IMG/VR virus record: IMGVR_UViG_3300032216_001965
Location: 1 to 64,000 of that record
DNA length: 64,000 nucleotides
Source: a virus
Taxonomy: Duplodnaviria; Caudoviricetes
Strand: one strand, 5' to 3'
Position numbers and translations under genes: made by a program. This document shows, piece after piece, positions 18,497 through 29,400 of the stretch (position 1 is its first letter; every line of letters begins with the position of its first letter). A model generated the notes under the pieces. The model was not told where the DNA came from and searched no databases. It saw only the letters and a list, made by a program, of their open reading frames with translations.

Positions 18497-18949
18497 ATGG
18501 AAAATTTAGATAATAACCCTGTAGAAGATGTAGTTGTAGAGGCACCAGCAGTTGTAGAAACACCAGTTGTAGATACACCAGTTGTTGAAGAAGCACCTAT
18601 TGCACCTGCTCAGGAAGAAGTAAAAGCAGAAGAACCAGTAGTAATCTCAAGACCATCATATCCTGGATCAGATACAGTCCAGGCTGTTGGAAGCGTAGCA
18701 AATGGAGCAATCGGTGCAACAACTGCAAAGCGTGAACCACGCACAGAGCCAGCACCAAAGGCTGCAAAAGTTGCAAAAGATGATAAGACAATTGCTATTA
18801 GATCAACCAAAAATGTTTCTTGGGTTGGCGTTGGAAAGGTTTCAACAGGAATCAATATTGTTTCTCAAAAAGAAGCAGACCAATGGCTTACTCGTGACCA
18901 CATTACACTAGTTACACCAGAACAAGTTAAATCGGAATTTGGTGCATAA
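18497..18949 (+). CDS. Hypothetical head/neck-associated protein (low-complexity N-terminus)
   Basis: Strong SD; Pro/Glu/Val-rich N-terminus and small C-terminal domain; structural-gene context. Confidence 0.65.
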   Translation: MENLDNNPVEDVVVEAPAVVETPVVDTPVVEEAPIAPAQEEVKAEEPVVISRPSYPGSDTVQAVGSVANGAIGATTAKREPRTEPAPKAAKVAKDDKTIAIRSTKNVSWVGVGKVSTGINIVSQKEADQWLTRDHITLVTPEQVKSEFGA

Positions 18950-18952
18950 TTA

Positions 18953-19864
18953 ATGGAAGTTCTGAGAGTTCCGCCATATCCTTTATCAACAACATGGACA
19001 TTACCCATACCTAACTATGAGTATATTGTTTATGTTGAGGATTTGGTGGATCACTCAGTAACTGAAACTAATCTTTTTTCAGATGCCAATGGAAAGTTAG
19101 TTTATGAAATACCTTTGGCTCAGGTCCAGTATGACCGCAAATTTTTAATTAAATTTTATGATACAGAACACATTCAAACCCTTTACGAAGAAAATCTAGA
19201 TATTGTCAGACCATATGTAGATCCAAATAAACTTGGAACTACTGCTTCAGAAATAGAAGAGTATAAAACTTTAGAGATGGTAGCAAGATCTTTAATCGAT
19301 ACAGTTGTTGTTAATGGTTTTTATAACTCAAAGCATATTGTCCAACGCAATGGTGATGGATCAGATTATTTTGCAATTTGGGAAGATATTAACAGAGTAC
19401 TAAAAGTATATGAAAATAATGTTTTAATATATGACATAGATGCACCAGAAACAAATGTATTTGAGTTCAAAACTACTTTTGATAGTTCTGCAGTAGAAAG
19501 AGTTATTGATGGACAATACAATAGATTAGAACAAGGTACACAGCAATATCCAAAAGATTTTGGTGACCTAGCAAATATATTTGGAACATCAGCAGTTGGA
19601 TTTCCAAAGGGATGGGATTATACTTTTGTATTAGATATTGGATATAGAGCATTACCGCCTGATGTTGAGTATGCCACTAAGTTGCTTATTGAAGATTTAA
19701 AATGTGGAAAATTAGACTATTACACAAGATATGTTACATCTTATAACTCAGATCAGTATAGAATTCAATTTGATAAGTCAATATTTAGTGGAACTGGAAA
19801 TATGATTGTTGATAAGATTCTTGATAAGTATGTTGTCACGATTGCTAAACCAGGGTTGATCTAA
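18953..19864 (+). CDS. Head-tail adaptor
   Basis: Synteny; C-terminal LPPDVEYATKLLIEDL motif typical of adaptors. Confidence 0.55.
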   Translation: MEVLRVPPYPLSTTWTLPIPNYEYIVYVEDLVDHSVTETNLFSDANGKLVYEIPLAQVQYDRKFLIKFYDTEHIQTLYEENLDIVRPYVDPNKLGTTASEIEEYKTLEMVARSLIDTVVVNGFYNSKHIVQRNGDGSDYFAIWEDINRVLKVYENNVLIYDIDAPETNVFEFKTTFDSSAVERVIDGQYNRLEQGTQQYPKDFGDLANIFGTSAVGFPKGWDYTFVLDIGYRALPPDVEYATKLLIEDLKCGKLDYYTRYVTSYNSDQYRIQFDKSIFSGTGNMIVDKILDKYVVTIAKPGLI

Positions 19865-20310
19865 TGAAGTGCGAGGGAAAAGATTTTATGTTCCCTATGC
19901 AAGTGGATGTTTTTTATCCAATTGTAGATCAAGGTGCATATGGAAATATTAAAAAACAATGGATTTTAAACAAAGTTATTGCTTGTCATTTTACAACTGC
20001 TGGATTAAAAGCAAAAGAAGAAATTGTTCCTAATGTAAATATTACACAGGATACATTGATTAGAGGAAGGGTTAAAACTGATATAAGAATTTCAAATCTT
20101 GATAATCAAAACTCGCTAACAAATGTAATTTTAACAAACATACAAGATAAAAATTGCAACAATATTTATATTGAAACATCTGGAATAAGAGCAGGGAAAT
20201 CAACAATATTTGAAGTTGCATCTCAAGAACCTTTTGTTGGTCCATTTGGAAATATTGAACACTATAAATTAATTCTGCGTAGATCTGAAAATCAGGGAGT
20301 AGACATATGA
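19864..20310 (+). CDS. Head closure/stopper protein
   Basis: Synteny, size and beta-strand pattern (VDVFYP...HYKLILRRS). Confidence 0.5.
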   Translation: MKCEGKDFMFPMQVDVFYPIVDQGAYGNIKKQWILNKVIACHFTTAGLKAKEEIVPNVNITQDTLIRGRVKTDIRISNLDNQNSLTNVILTNIQDKNCNNIYIETSGIRAGKSTIFEVASQEPFVGPFGNIEHYKLILRRSENQGVDI

Positions 20311-20981
20311 TACAACTTAAATTTAATGCTGTACAGTTTAATAAAGAAATGAATAATATAGTTAACTACTCTTATGGTTTTGTTGATGGCGCAGTTGCTG
20401 CAAAAACAGAGTTTTTACAAAATCTTGGATCTGCAGTTTCAGAGCAAGCATCACTCTATATTGATTCAAATGCAAGGGTAGATCAACAATCATTGCATCA
20501 TGTATATGAATGGTATAACGCAGGAAACCCAACAGCAAGGCTATTTGATATTAAGTACTCTATAAATAATCGTGGCATTTCATTTACTTCTGAATTTAAA
20601 CAATCAACAAGCATACAACAAGGGTCAGCCTCCCCTTTTTATGATAAAGCAAGAATAATGGAAAATGGAATAACAGTAAATATTGCACCAAGAAAATCAG
20701 ATGTTCTTAGGTTTGAAGTTGGTGGAGAAGTAGTTTATACAAAAAAACCAGTAACTATAGAAAATCCTGGAGGAAATGTACAAGGTCAATTTGAAAACAC
20801 ATTTGATACATTTTTTAAAGTATATTTTACTCAAGCATTTTTAAGATCAAGTGGTCTTTCAGAATATTTTAGTAACCCAATAGTATATAAAACAAACCTA
20901 CGCAATGGAGCACAAAATGGAAAATCTGTTGGCGTAAATGTTGGATATCGCTGGGTAGCAAATGCTAAGGTGGTTGCATAA
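20307..20981 (+). CDS. Neck/tail completion protein
   Basis: Synteny (ATGA overlap with previous gene). Confidence 0.45.
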   Translation: MIQLKFNAVQFNKEMNNIVNYSYGFVDGAVAAKTEFLQNLGSAVSEQASLYIDSNARVDQQSLHHVYEWYNAGNPTARLFDIKYSINNRGISFTSEFKQSTSIQQGSASPFYDKARIMENGITVNIAPRKSDVLRFEVGGEVVYTKKPVTIENPGGNVQGQFENTFDTFFKVYFTQAFLRSSGLSEYFSNPIVYKTNLRNGAQNGKSVGVNVGYRWVANAKVVA

Positions 20982-21529
20982 TGGCTCTTTCAGAATCAGT
21001 ATTAAATACACCAGGTTTGTGGATAAATAAATACTTGCAAGAAAAAATTTTTAACCATACAGATATAGCCATTCCATTTTTTCCAACTACACCAACTACA
21101 ATAGATGATCTAACAGAGCAGTGGGTGGTTATTAATGATCAAAGGGCATCTTATCAAGGAATTCTTTCTGTTTACGACAGAATGATAAGAATGAGAAGGT
21201 CTGTTTTCCCTCATGTTAAATCTGAACAATTATTATATTATTTTTATGCAACACAAAACGATGTAACAGAAAGCATGATTAAGGTCCTAGAGTCAGTCCT
21301 TAGATTGATGGATCGAGAAGACGAAACAGCAGAAGAAATTAATTTTTGGGTTAAAGACAAAATTATAGATGGAATGACCTGTGAGTTTTATTTTCATAAA
21401 TTTAAGGTTTATCAATTACAAGAAACTAGAGATATAGTTAATTTTGGCACAGCAAGGACTTTTGGTGGTAATAAGATAATTATTGATTTTGAATACCACC
21501 AATCAGACCTAATTAAAGATCAGTTTTAA
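20981..21529 (+). CDS. Tail terminator-like protein
   Basis: Synteny, immediately upstream of the tail tube gene. Confidence 0.45.
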   Translation: MALSESVLNTPGLWINKYLQEKIFNHTDIAIPFFPTTPTTIDDLTEQWVVINDQRASYQGILSVYDRMIRMRRSVFPHVKSEQLLYYFYATQNDVTESMIKVLESVLRLMDREDETAEEINFWVKDKIIDGMTCEFYFHKFKVYQLQETRDIVNFGTARTFGGNKIIIDFEYHQSDLIKDQF

Positions 21530-21545
21530 AATAATTTAAAAAGGC

Positions 21546-21554
21546 TGTTATACT
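21546..21554 (+). promoter_or_regulatory. Extended -10 promoter (TGTTATACT)
   Basis: Intergenic, upstream of the tail tube gene. Confidence 0.6.
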
Positions 21555-21605
21555 TGTCAATGAGGAAACAAGCCCTTTTTTAATAACATGAAAGAGGTGA
21601 AAACT

Positions 21606-22253
21606 ATGGCAAATTATACAAGAGGTTCGAACACTAACATTATCGTGGGTGCAGCAGCACTTTTTACATATGAAGGTGGACAACTTACAGATGCAGACCT
21701 TCCAACATACGAAGTCAATAAGTCATTTAAGGCAAGCCTTACAAATGATTCAGACTACCGCAATGTTGGTTACACAACAAATGGTTTGGAACTTGACTTC
21801 CAGCCAAATTTTGGTGAGGTTGCAGTCGATCAGGTACTTGACGTTGCTAAACTATACAAGCAAGGCATGAAAGTTAACCTTAAGACAACATTCGCAGAGG
21901 CAACTCTCGAAAATCTTCTTGTTGCATTAGCAGCAAAAGACGCAGACAAGTCTGACCTAACAGGTACAGGACTTGCAACAGGTTCTATGGAACTTAATCT
22001 TTCCGCAGGAGATCTTGGCGAATGCCCAGTTGAGCGTGGTTTGGTAGCAGTTGGTCCAGGTACAGGTGACTGTGCAGCAGGATCTTCAATTGAACGTATT
22101 TATGTTGCATACCGTGCATTATCAATCGATAACGTAACAGTAGCAGCAAAGCGTGATGCAGTAACAGAGTTTGCTGTCTCATTCCGCCTTCTTCCAAATG
22201 ATGATGCATCATATGGTAAGATCGTAGATCGTACAATTCCAGCAACAGCATAA
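21606..22253 (+). CDS. Major tail tube protein
   Basis: VGYTTNGLELDFQP...VKTTFAEATLENL...FAVSFRLLP siphoviral tube pattern; SD gaggtg favours ATG 21606 over 21588. Confidence 0.8.
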   Translation: MANYTRGSNTNIIVGAAALFTYEGGQLTDADLPTYEVNKSFKASLTNDSDYRNVGYTTNGLELDFQPNFGEVAVDQVLDVAKLYKQGMKVNLKTTFAEATLENLLVALAAKDADKSDLTGTGLATGSMELNLSAGDLGECPVERGLVAVGPGTGDCAAGSSIERIYVAYRALSIDNVTVAAKRDAVTEFAVSFRLLPNDDASYGKIVDRTIPATA

Positions 22254-22270
22254 TACAACTTAATAACATT

Positions 22271-22310
22271 ATTGCCCTTCTCATTAATTTGAGTAGGGCA
22301 ATTTTGTTTT
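22271..22310 (+). terminator. Intrinsic terminator after tail tube gene
   Basis: attgccct...agggcaat stem plus tttgtttt. Confidence 0.8.
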
Positions 22311-22319
22311 TGGTATACT
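22311..22319 (+). promoter_or_regulatory. Extended -10 promoter (TGGTATACT), leaderless start
   Basis: TATACT ends 6 nt before ATG 22326; no SD. Confidence 0.7.
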
Positions 22320-22325
22320 ATATAT

Positions 22326-23006
22326 ATGGCTACTGAAATTTATAAGATTAATTTTATTTATTTAACTAATGGTGAAGAGTTAGAAATATCTCCATTAAAA
22401 ATAAAATATTTAAGACGCCTTATGGAAAAATTTGAAAATGTTAAAAATGCTAAAAATGATTATGAAACTATTACCGAGTTGTCTATTTGTGCCATGGAGT
22501 GTATGAAACAGTTTAAGCCAGAAATAACAACAAGTATTGAAAAGTTTGAAGAGTTTGTAGATTTAAAAACAATCTATAAACTGCTTGATTTTTGTGCGGG
22601 AATTAAAATTGATAAAGACTCACAAGAATCAGTAAAAAAACAAGCAGTAGATAGTGGATCATCATGGGATGATTTAGATTTGGCTCAATTAGAATCTGAA
22701 GTTTTTCTTCTTGGAATATGGAAAGATTACGATGAACTAGAAAGATCTATTTCTATGCCAGAACTAACATCTATTTTAAATATTAAAAGAGAAGAGGATT
22801 ATGCTCATAAAAAATTTCTTGCAGCCATGCAGGGCGTAGACTTAGATGAAGGTAAAAAATCTAATGCTTGGGAAGAAATGAAAGCCAGAGTTTTTAGTGG
22901 TGGCCAATCATCTGACCCAAACGATATTATTGCACTTCAAGGTCAAAATGCAATAAATGCTGGTTTTGGAATTGGTATGGGTTTAAATTATGAAAAAATT
23001 GATTAA
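22326..23006 (+). CDS. Tail assembly chaperone, long (G-T-like) form
   Basis: Between tube and tape measure; N-terminal half paralogous to 23057; extra C-terminal domain. Confidence 0.65.
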   Translation: MATEIYKINFIYLTNGEELEISPLKIKYLRRLMEKFENVKNAKNDYETITELSICAMECMKQFKPEITTSIEKFEEFVDLKTIYKLLDFCAGIKIDKDSQESVKKQAVDSGSSWDDLDLAQLESEVFLLGIWKDYDELERSISMPELTSILNIKREEDYAHKKFLAAMQGVDLDEGKKSNAWEEMKARVFSGGQSSDPNDIIALQGQNAINAGFGIGMGLNYEKID

Positions 23007-23021
23007 AAATAATACCTGCTA

Positions 23022-23030
23022 TGGTATAAT
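23022..23030 (+). promoter_or_regulatory. Extended -10 promoter (TGGTATAAT)
   Basis: Upstream of 23057, followed by SD ggagg. Confidence 0.7.
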
Positions 23031-23056
23031 TAACTATCAAACTAAATGGAGGAAAA

Positions 23057-23386
23057 ATGACTGACAATGTAGAAAATACTGTTCAAAAGTTAAGACTTAT
23101 TGATGGTACAGAGTTTGAAGTAAAACCGCTAAAGATTTCACTATTACGACCATTCATGAAAAAGTTTACTGGTCTAACAGAGGTAGCGGATGATAATGAT
23201 AAATCAATGGATCTATTGCTTGATTGTGTTCAAATTGCATTTAAGCAATTTTATCCAGACCTTGCAGAAGATAGAGAAAAACTTGAAGAAAGCCTAGACC
23301 TTCCAACGGTCTATAAGATCATCGATGCAGCGTCTGGATTCTCACTTTCAGATACAACAGCACTCGTTGGTCAAATGTCAAAATAA
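23057..23386 (+). CDS. Tail assembly chaperone, short (G-like) form
   Basis: LIDGTEFEVKPLKISLLRPFMKKF...LDLPTVYKIIDAASG; directly before the tape measure gene. Confidence 0.7.
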   Translation: MTDNVENTVQKLRLIDGTEFEVKPLKISLLRPFMKKFTGLTEVADDNDKSMDLLLDCVQIAFKQFYPDLAEDREKLEESLDLPTVYKIIDAASGFSLSDTTALVGQMSK

Positions 23387-23403
23387 AAAAGAGGGTGTAA
23401 TGA

Positions 23404-26400
23404 TTGTCTGATGTAAACGCTAATATTGGCATTGTCTTCGATACCACAGAGGCTCTTGTTAGTTTACGTCAATTACAGGCTGGTTTAAGTAGATTTAATC
23501 AGTCATTAACTCAGGGCAATATTGCAGCATCAAATGCTCAAAAAGGTCTTAATGATCAACTAGTTCAATCAATTAACTCTACTGGTAAATTTGTAGCATC
23601 ACAAAAAACAGTAGCAACAAGCACAACTGCATTTACATCAGCACTTGAAAAAAATAAACTCAGTATGCGTGAGTATTTTAGATATACTGCTGCTGCAGCG
23701 ACAGCAAATACAAAAGTTTTGAATAATGCTTTTACTGCTGAAAGAGATATTATAAACCGTGCTCGTAAAGATAGGGTTAAATCACTTCAATCTCAATATG
23801 TTCAATTAACCAGTGCCAATGGAGAATTTATAAAAGTTTTACAGGTAGTTCCAAAACATCTTGAAATGGTTAATGGCAAGTATACAGATTATGCTACTAG
23901 AGTTCAAATGGCTGCACAAAGACAGCAACTTCTTAATCAGTTAATAAAACAAGGCTCAAACCAACTTTTAAATTTTGGTAAAAATACCCAATGGGCGGGT
24001 CGTCAGTTGATGGTTGGTTTAACAATTCCATTAACAATGCTTGGATCTGTTGCAATGAAAACATTTAAAGATATGGAAACAGCAATAGTCAAATTTCAAA
24101 GAGTTTATGGAGATATGACTACAACCAATGATGCAACTAATAAAGCAGTTGAAGATATTAAAAAACTTGGTATGGAATTTACTAAATATGGTGTTGCAGT
24201 AAAAGATACTATTGAAATGGCTGGTTCGGCTGCAGCGATGGGTCTTACTGGAAATGCATTAAACCAACAAATAATTGCAGCAACAAGGCTTGCAGTTCTT
24301 GGTCAAGTATCTCAACAAGATGCTTTGCAAACAACTATTTCTTTGCAAAATGCATTTGGCATATCTTCAGAAGACCTTGGCAAAAAAATTAATTATCTTA
24401 ACGCAGTAGAAAACCAAACTGTTCTATCTATTGAAGATATGACTACTGCTATTCCAAAGGCTGCTCCTGTTGTCAAACAACTTGGAGGCAGTGTAGAAGA
24501 TCTTGCATTCTTTTTAACAGCAATGAAGGAAGGTGGCATTAATGCATCAGAAGGTGCTAACGCACTTAAGTCTGGACTTTCTGCATTAATCAATCCATCT
24601 AAAAAAGCATCAGACTTTCTTGCAAATCTTGGTGTTAATATAAATGGTATTGTTAAAGCAAATGCAGGGGATTTAAAAGGAACAGTAGTAGGATTTGCAA
24701 GAGCATTAGATACACTTGCACCACTAGAAAGATCTCGTGCCATCGAACAATTATTTGGAAAATTTCAATTTGCTCGTTTATCAACATTATTTCAGAATGT
24801 TACAAAAACAGGATCCCAGGCAAGTCGTGCTCTTGATCTTGCTGGAAAATCTACAGAAGAACTTGCAATTTTATCTGAAAGAGAATTAGGTAAAGTAGAA
24901 AATGCAGTTAGCGTAAAGTTTCAAAAATCAATTGAGCAATTAAAACAAGAACTAGTTCCAGTAGGAAAAGCATTTTTACAAGCACTTACACCAATAGTAA
25001 ACTTTTTTGGAAAATTATTGGATAAGTTTAATAACTTTAGTGATGGAACAAAAAAAACAATTGCTATTGTAGTTGGTGTAGTTGGTGGACTTGCACCAAT
25101 TGCTCTTATGACTTTTGGTTTGCTTGCTAATGGTATTGCAAACCTTATTAAATTTTTTGCAATGCTTCGTGGAGGAATGGCTAAACTTAATGGACAAAAT
25201 TCAGTACTTGGTGGAGGATTTGATTATTTAACACAACAAGAAATTGATAACCTAACAGAAACAAATGCCCTTCACATGTCTCATAAAAACCTTATTGAAA
25301 CTTTTAATGTTGAGGTTGGATCTGTAAATGCTTTAGCAACAGCATATGCAAATGCTGGATCACAAGCAAGAGCCCTTGCTGCATCAAGTCCAGGACTATT
25401 TAATGCATCCCCTGGTGCAAAAGGCGCTGTTTCTAAAATTAAATTTTCTTCGGGTGGAGTAGTTCCAGGAACTGGAAACTCAGATACTGTTCCTGCAGTT
25501 TTGACTCCTGGAGAAGTTGTATTAACAAAGCAAACAGTTAAAGATAACCCAGAGACTGTTGCAGCATTGCAAAATGGAAATGTTAGAAAATACATGGCTG
25601 GCACTGCAGATAATTCAAGAAGCGGTGCAAGTTATCGTGGAGTTCATAATCTTATTATGGGAAGATCTGGACTTGACAATGGTCAAACATCTCAATCTCA
25701 AGTAGTTTCATCTTCTAAAGATCTACCAGGATTTTTACAAAAAGAATATGACAGAATTGCTAAATTAAATGAAGCAAACCTTAAGCGTTATGCAGAACTT
25801 ACTGGTATGGGCACAGAAAAAACAATGGAAGAAATCCGTAATGCAGTCCTTAAAAACTTTGAAGAACTACTTGCAGAAGTTAAGGCAAAAACTGGAAAAC
25901 TTACACAAGAAGGATTAAATGAAATAGGAAAGGCCCCAGGAGCCAATGGTGGTCCAAGTATTATGGGCAAATGGTTTAAAAAGTTTGATGAAGGTCAAGG
26001 TGCATCCTTCGCACACGTAGGAGATACTCAAAAAGTTGACATTGGAACAGCAATTGATTTAAAAGTTTCTTCAAAGATTCAAAAACAAATGGATATTGTT
26101 AAAGCATATTATGCAGAAACTGGCAGACAGGCTCCAGATGTAAGAGTTGCAGATGCTTTTGGTTTTGATATGAAACAGTCTGTTAATAGAGGTATGGCAA
26201 GCACAAATCAAAAGAATTTTGAAAAGAAAAATGGTAAAACTGTTGGTGCTGCATTTGAAGAAGAGTTTGCAAAAACTGGTGCTCAAAAATGGAAAACCAT
26301 GACAGATCTTGTTGGCGCAGATTTTGATAAAATACATGGACAGGCAGAAATTTATGATAAAGCATTACTTCAAAAAATTCAAGCATGGAATAAAAAAAAC

Positions 26401-29400
26401 TCAACAAAAAAAATTCCAGATCCATTTACAGATGACGTATTTTTAAGATTAGAAGAAGAAGTAAGAAAAGATGTAGATTCATTAATACCAGACTTTAAGT
26501 CTGTAATACAAACAGCAAAACAAACAATTACTGCACTTAGAACATCTATTAAGCAAGAAGATCTTATACCAATTAATAAACGTCTTGCAACAGCCGATGC
26601 TGGAACCCTAGGTCCAAAAGCAAGTAGTGCAAAATATGGAAATGTTGAAGCAAGAAATACATCAGAAGTTCTTGGAACTATTGAAACTCTTCCAGCAACT
26701 GTTGAAAAAAGTTTAACCAAAGCAGAAAAAATAGCACAAACTGCTTCACCTTCAAAAAGAACTAGAAAACTTGGACAAGATATTGGTGATGGACTTATTG
26801 AGGGAATGAAATCTAGAGAAGCAGGAGTCGCATCCCAATCAGATAAACTTGCAAATGCTGCATCCAATATAGATAAACAAAATTTTGCAAAATATAGAGC
26901 ATTAAATTCAAATCCAGATATGCGTCAAACACAAAAATCTATAGATAGAAATTATAGAAAAGTAAATGATAAATTAATTACAACTACAAAAATAAATGAT
27001 GCAATTGCATTACAAATGAAAAATACAAATAAAAATGTTGCTAAATCTGCTACACAAGAACAAAAATTAAATGATTTAAGACAAAAAGAAATTATTGCAA
27101 AAGAAGAGGCAGTAAGAAATGCACAGGCAGCAGCAGCAGCAGGAAACTATCCAGGAACATCTCAGTCAGACCTTGTTGCTGGAGATATAGGATTTATTGG
27201 TCCACTTACACCAGAACAACAAAAAATCAATGATTCAAATCTTAAAGCACAAAGGAAACTAGAAATCAAAAAAGCAAGAGGTTTACGCAGAGAAGCAGTT
27301 AGTGAGTACTCTGGAAAAGTTGCAGGAGGACTAGGAACTGCTGCAATGGTTGCTGGCATGGTAGGAGCACCAGGTGGCGTTACAGCAGCACTAGGGGCAG
27401 GATCACTCGTTGCTTCTTTTGCACCAATGCTTGCTGGATTAAGCGGTCCACAAGGTCTTGCTTTAGGTGTCGCAGCAGCAGCGGGATCAATATGGTTGAT
27501 GAAGAAAAATTTTGATGCAACTGTTCAAAAACAAGTTGACTATATTAAATCTATATCTGCTACAACAGATAAAATGAAACAAATTGGTGAGATAACTGGA
27601 AAAGTTGGAGCATCAGAACTTTACTCAAGAAAAAGACAAGATGGAAGCGCAGATAGATATACTAAAATATTTGAAAGAGGAAAGAGTCAATTTGGAACAG
27701 ATTTTTTTCAGTCAAATATTGGAAAATCTATAAAAGATTCTTTTGTTAAAGATCTTGCATCTGGCGGTGAAGAAGCATCAAAGAAGTTAGCATTGCAGTT
27801 ATCAGCATACATATCTGATGGAATTTTAACATCAGAACAAGCATATAGTGTTGCAAGGCAAATTGGCTTAGATCTTGGCAATATGACAATTGGAACAAAA
27901 GTTCAAGGTGAAATAACAAACCTTGTTGGTCCTGATGGACAAAATCTTTTAAAAGATCCGCTATCTATTAGAATTAAATTAATTGATACACAAAATTCTA
28001 TTACAAATTCTATTACAACTGCTGCAGAAAATTCAACAAGAACTGGTATATCTGGAAATAAAAGTATTGAATCTTTTGCAGCAGCGTCTGCACTTCAATC
28101 ACAAAACTTAACTATTATTCAAGCACAAAGAGATGCACAAAAGAAACTTTATGATGATCAAATTAATCAACTTGAGGCACAAAAATTAACAACAACAGAT
28201 AAAGCAAAGCAGTTAGTTATTGATGGAAAAATAAAAGATTTAAAGGCAAAACAGTTATCTGATGATGCAAAATTAAATGCGCTTGCTTCAAAAAGTTTAA
28301 AACAAACATCAGATTTATTTGATAAATCTTTAAAGGGCAAACTACCTGGTCAAATAGGGATGAATAAAAATGCAGTTATTTCTGCATCAAGAGATGCTGT
28401 TTCTGCTAAATATACAGGAGATGCAGCACCTCTTGCAAAAGCATTTCTTTCACAAACTAAAAGTCTTAAATCAGAAAAAATAGAAGTATTGTTGAACACA
28501 ATTGTTGCTGGTGGTCAACTAGATCCAGTATCTGCAACAAACTTATTAAATATTTTTGGTAAAGATGAACAAGGAATGTATAGAGAAATAACAACAGCAT
28601 TTAAAACAAAAGACCCAGGAGATATTCAACAACTGCTAACAATTCTTTCTAATTTTGACTCTAAAACTGCAAAAGATCTTTTTATAAATATTACATCCAA
28701 AGATAATGCTGCTAATTTTGTTAATGATATGAACACCCTTAACTCTTTAATGCAACTTGATGGCAAAGAGTTAAACATTGGTGTATTTCTTAAAACAAAA
28801 GGAAACTTAGAAAAACTAAGTGCTCTTCTTGATTCTGTAGATAAAAAAATTGGAACTGCTCCAGTTACATTAACTGTTATACAGGATATAATTAAAGCAA
28901 ATCCAGATATGCCAGATATAACAGCATTAATTAATGATTGGGATAAGTGGAAAGATAAAGATCCAAAAATTCAAAAGAGTGTTGTTCTTACATATATAGA
29001 ACTTTATAAAACAATCGGAAAATCAGAAATTGCACAGTACAGAAAAAATAAATCTATACCATCAGTAGTAACCGACTCTGCCGTTACTGGAATGATTGCA
29101 AATGATCTATTGCCAAACAAAGTTCCAACATCAATTCCAACAGCAACACCAGGACCTGTACAAGGTAATAATCAAACTGGACCTACCCCACTAGATTTCC
29201 TTGACTCACTTGCAATGAGAATTAAAAATGTTCGTGATGGAGCATTTGATGCAACTACTCCACTCAAATCTATGATTGCAGCATTTAGTGGAAAAGAAGC
29301 ACAAAAAGATGTTTCAAAGATGTTTACATTGTTTGATGGTTTGCAACAAAGAATGATTAAACTTGGTGTTCCAAAAGAGTTTAGAGATATGATTTCTGGA

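Noticed and set aside
22326-23403. Programmed frameshift in the tail chaperone genes
   Set aside because: The long form is already in frame and the short gene ends with a stop only 17 nt before the tape measure gene, leaving no room for a frameshift extension
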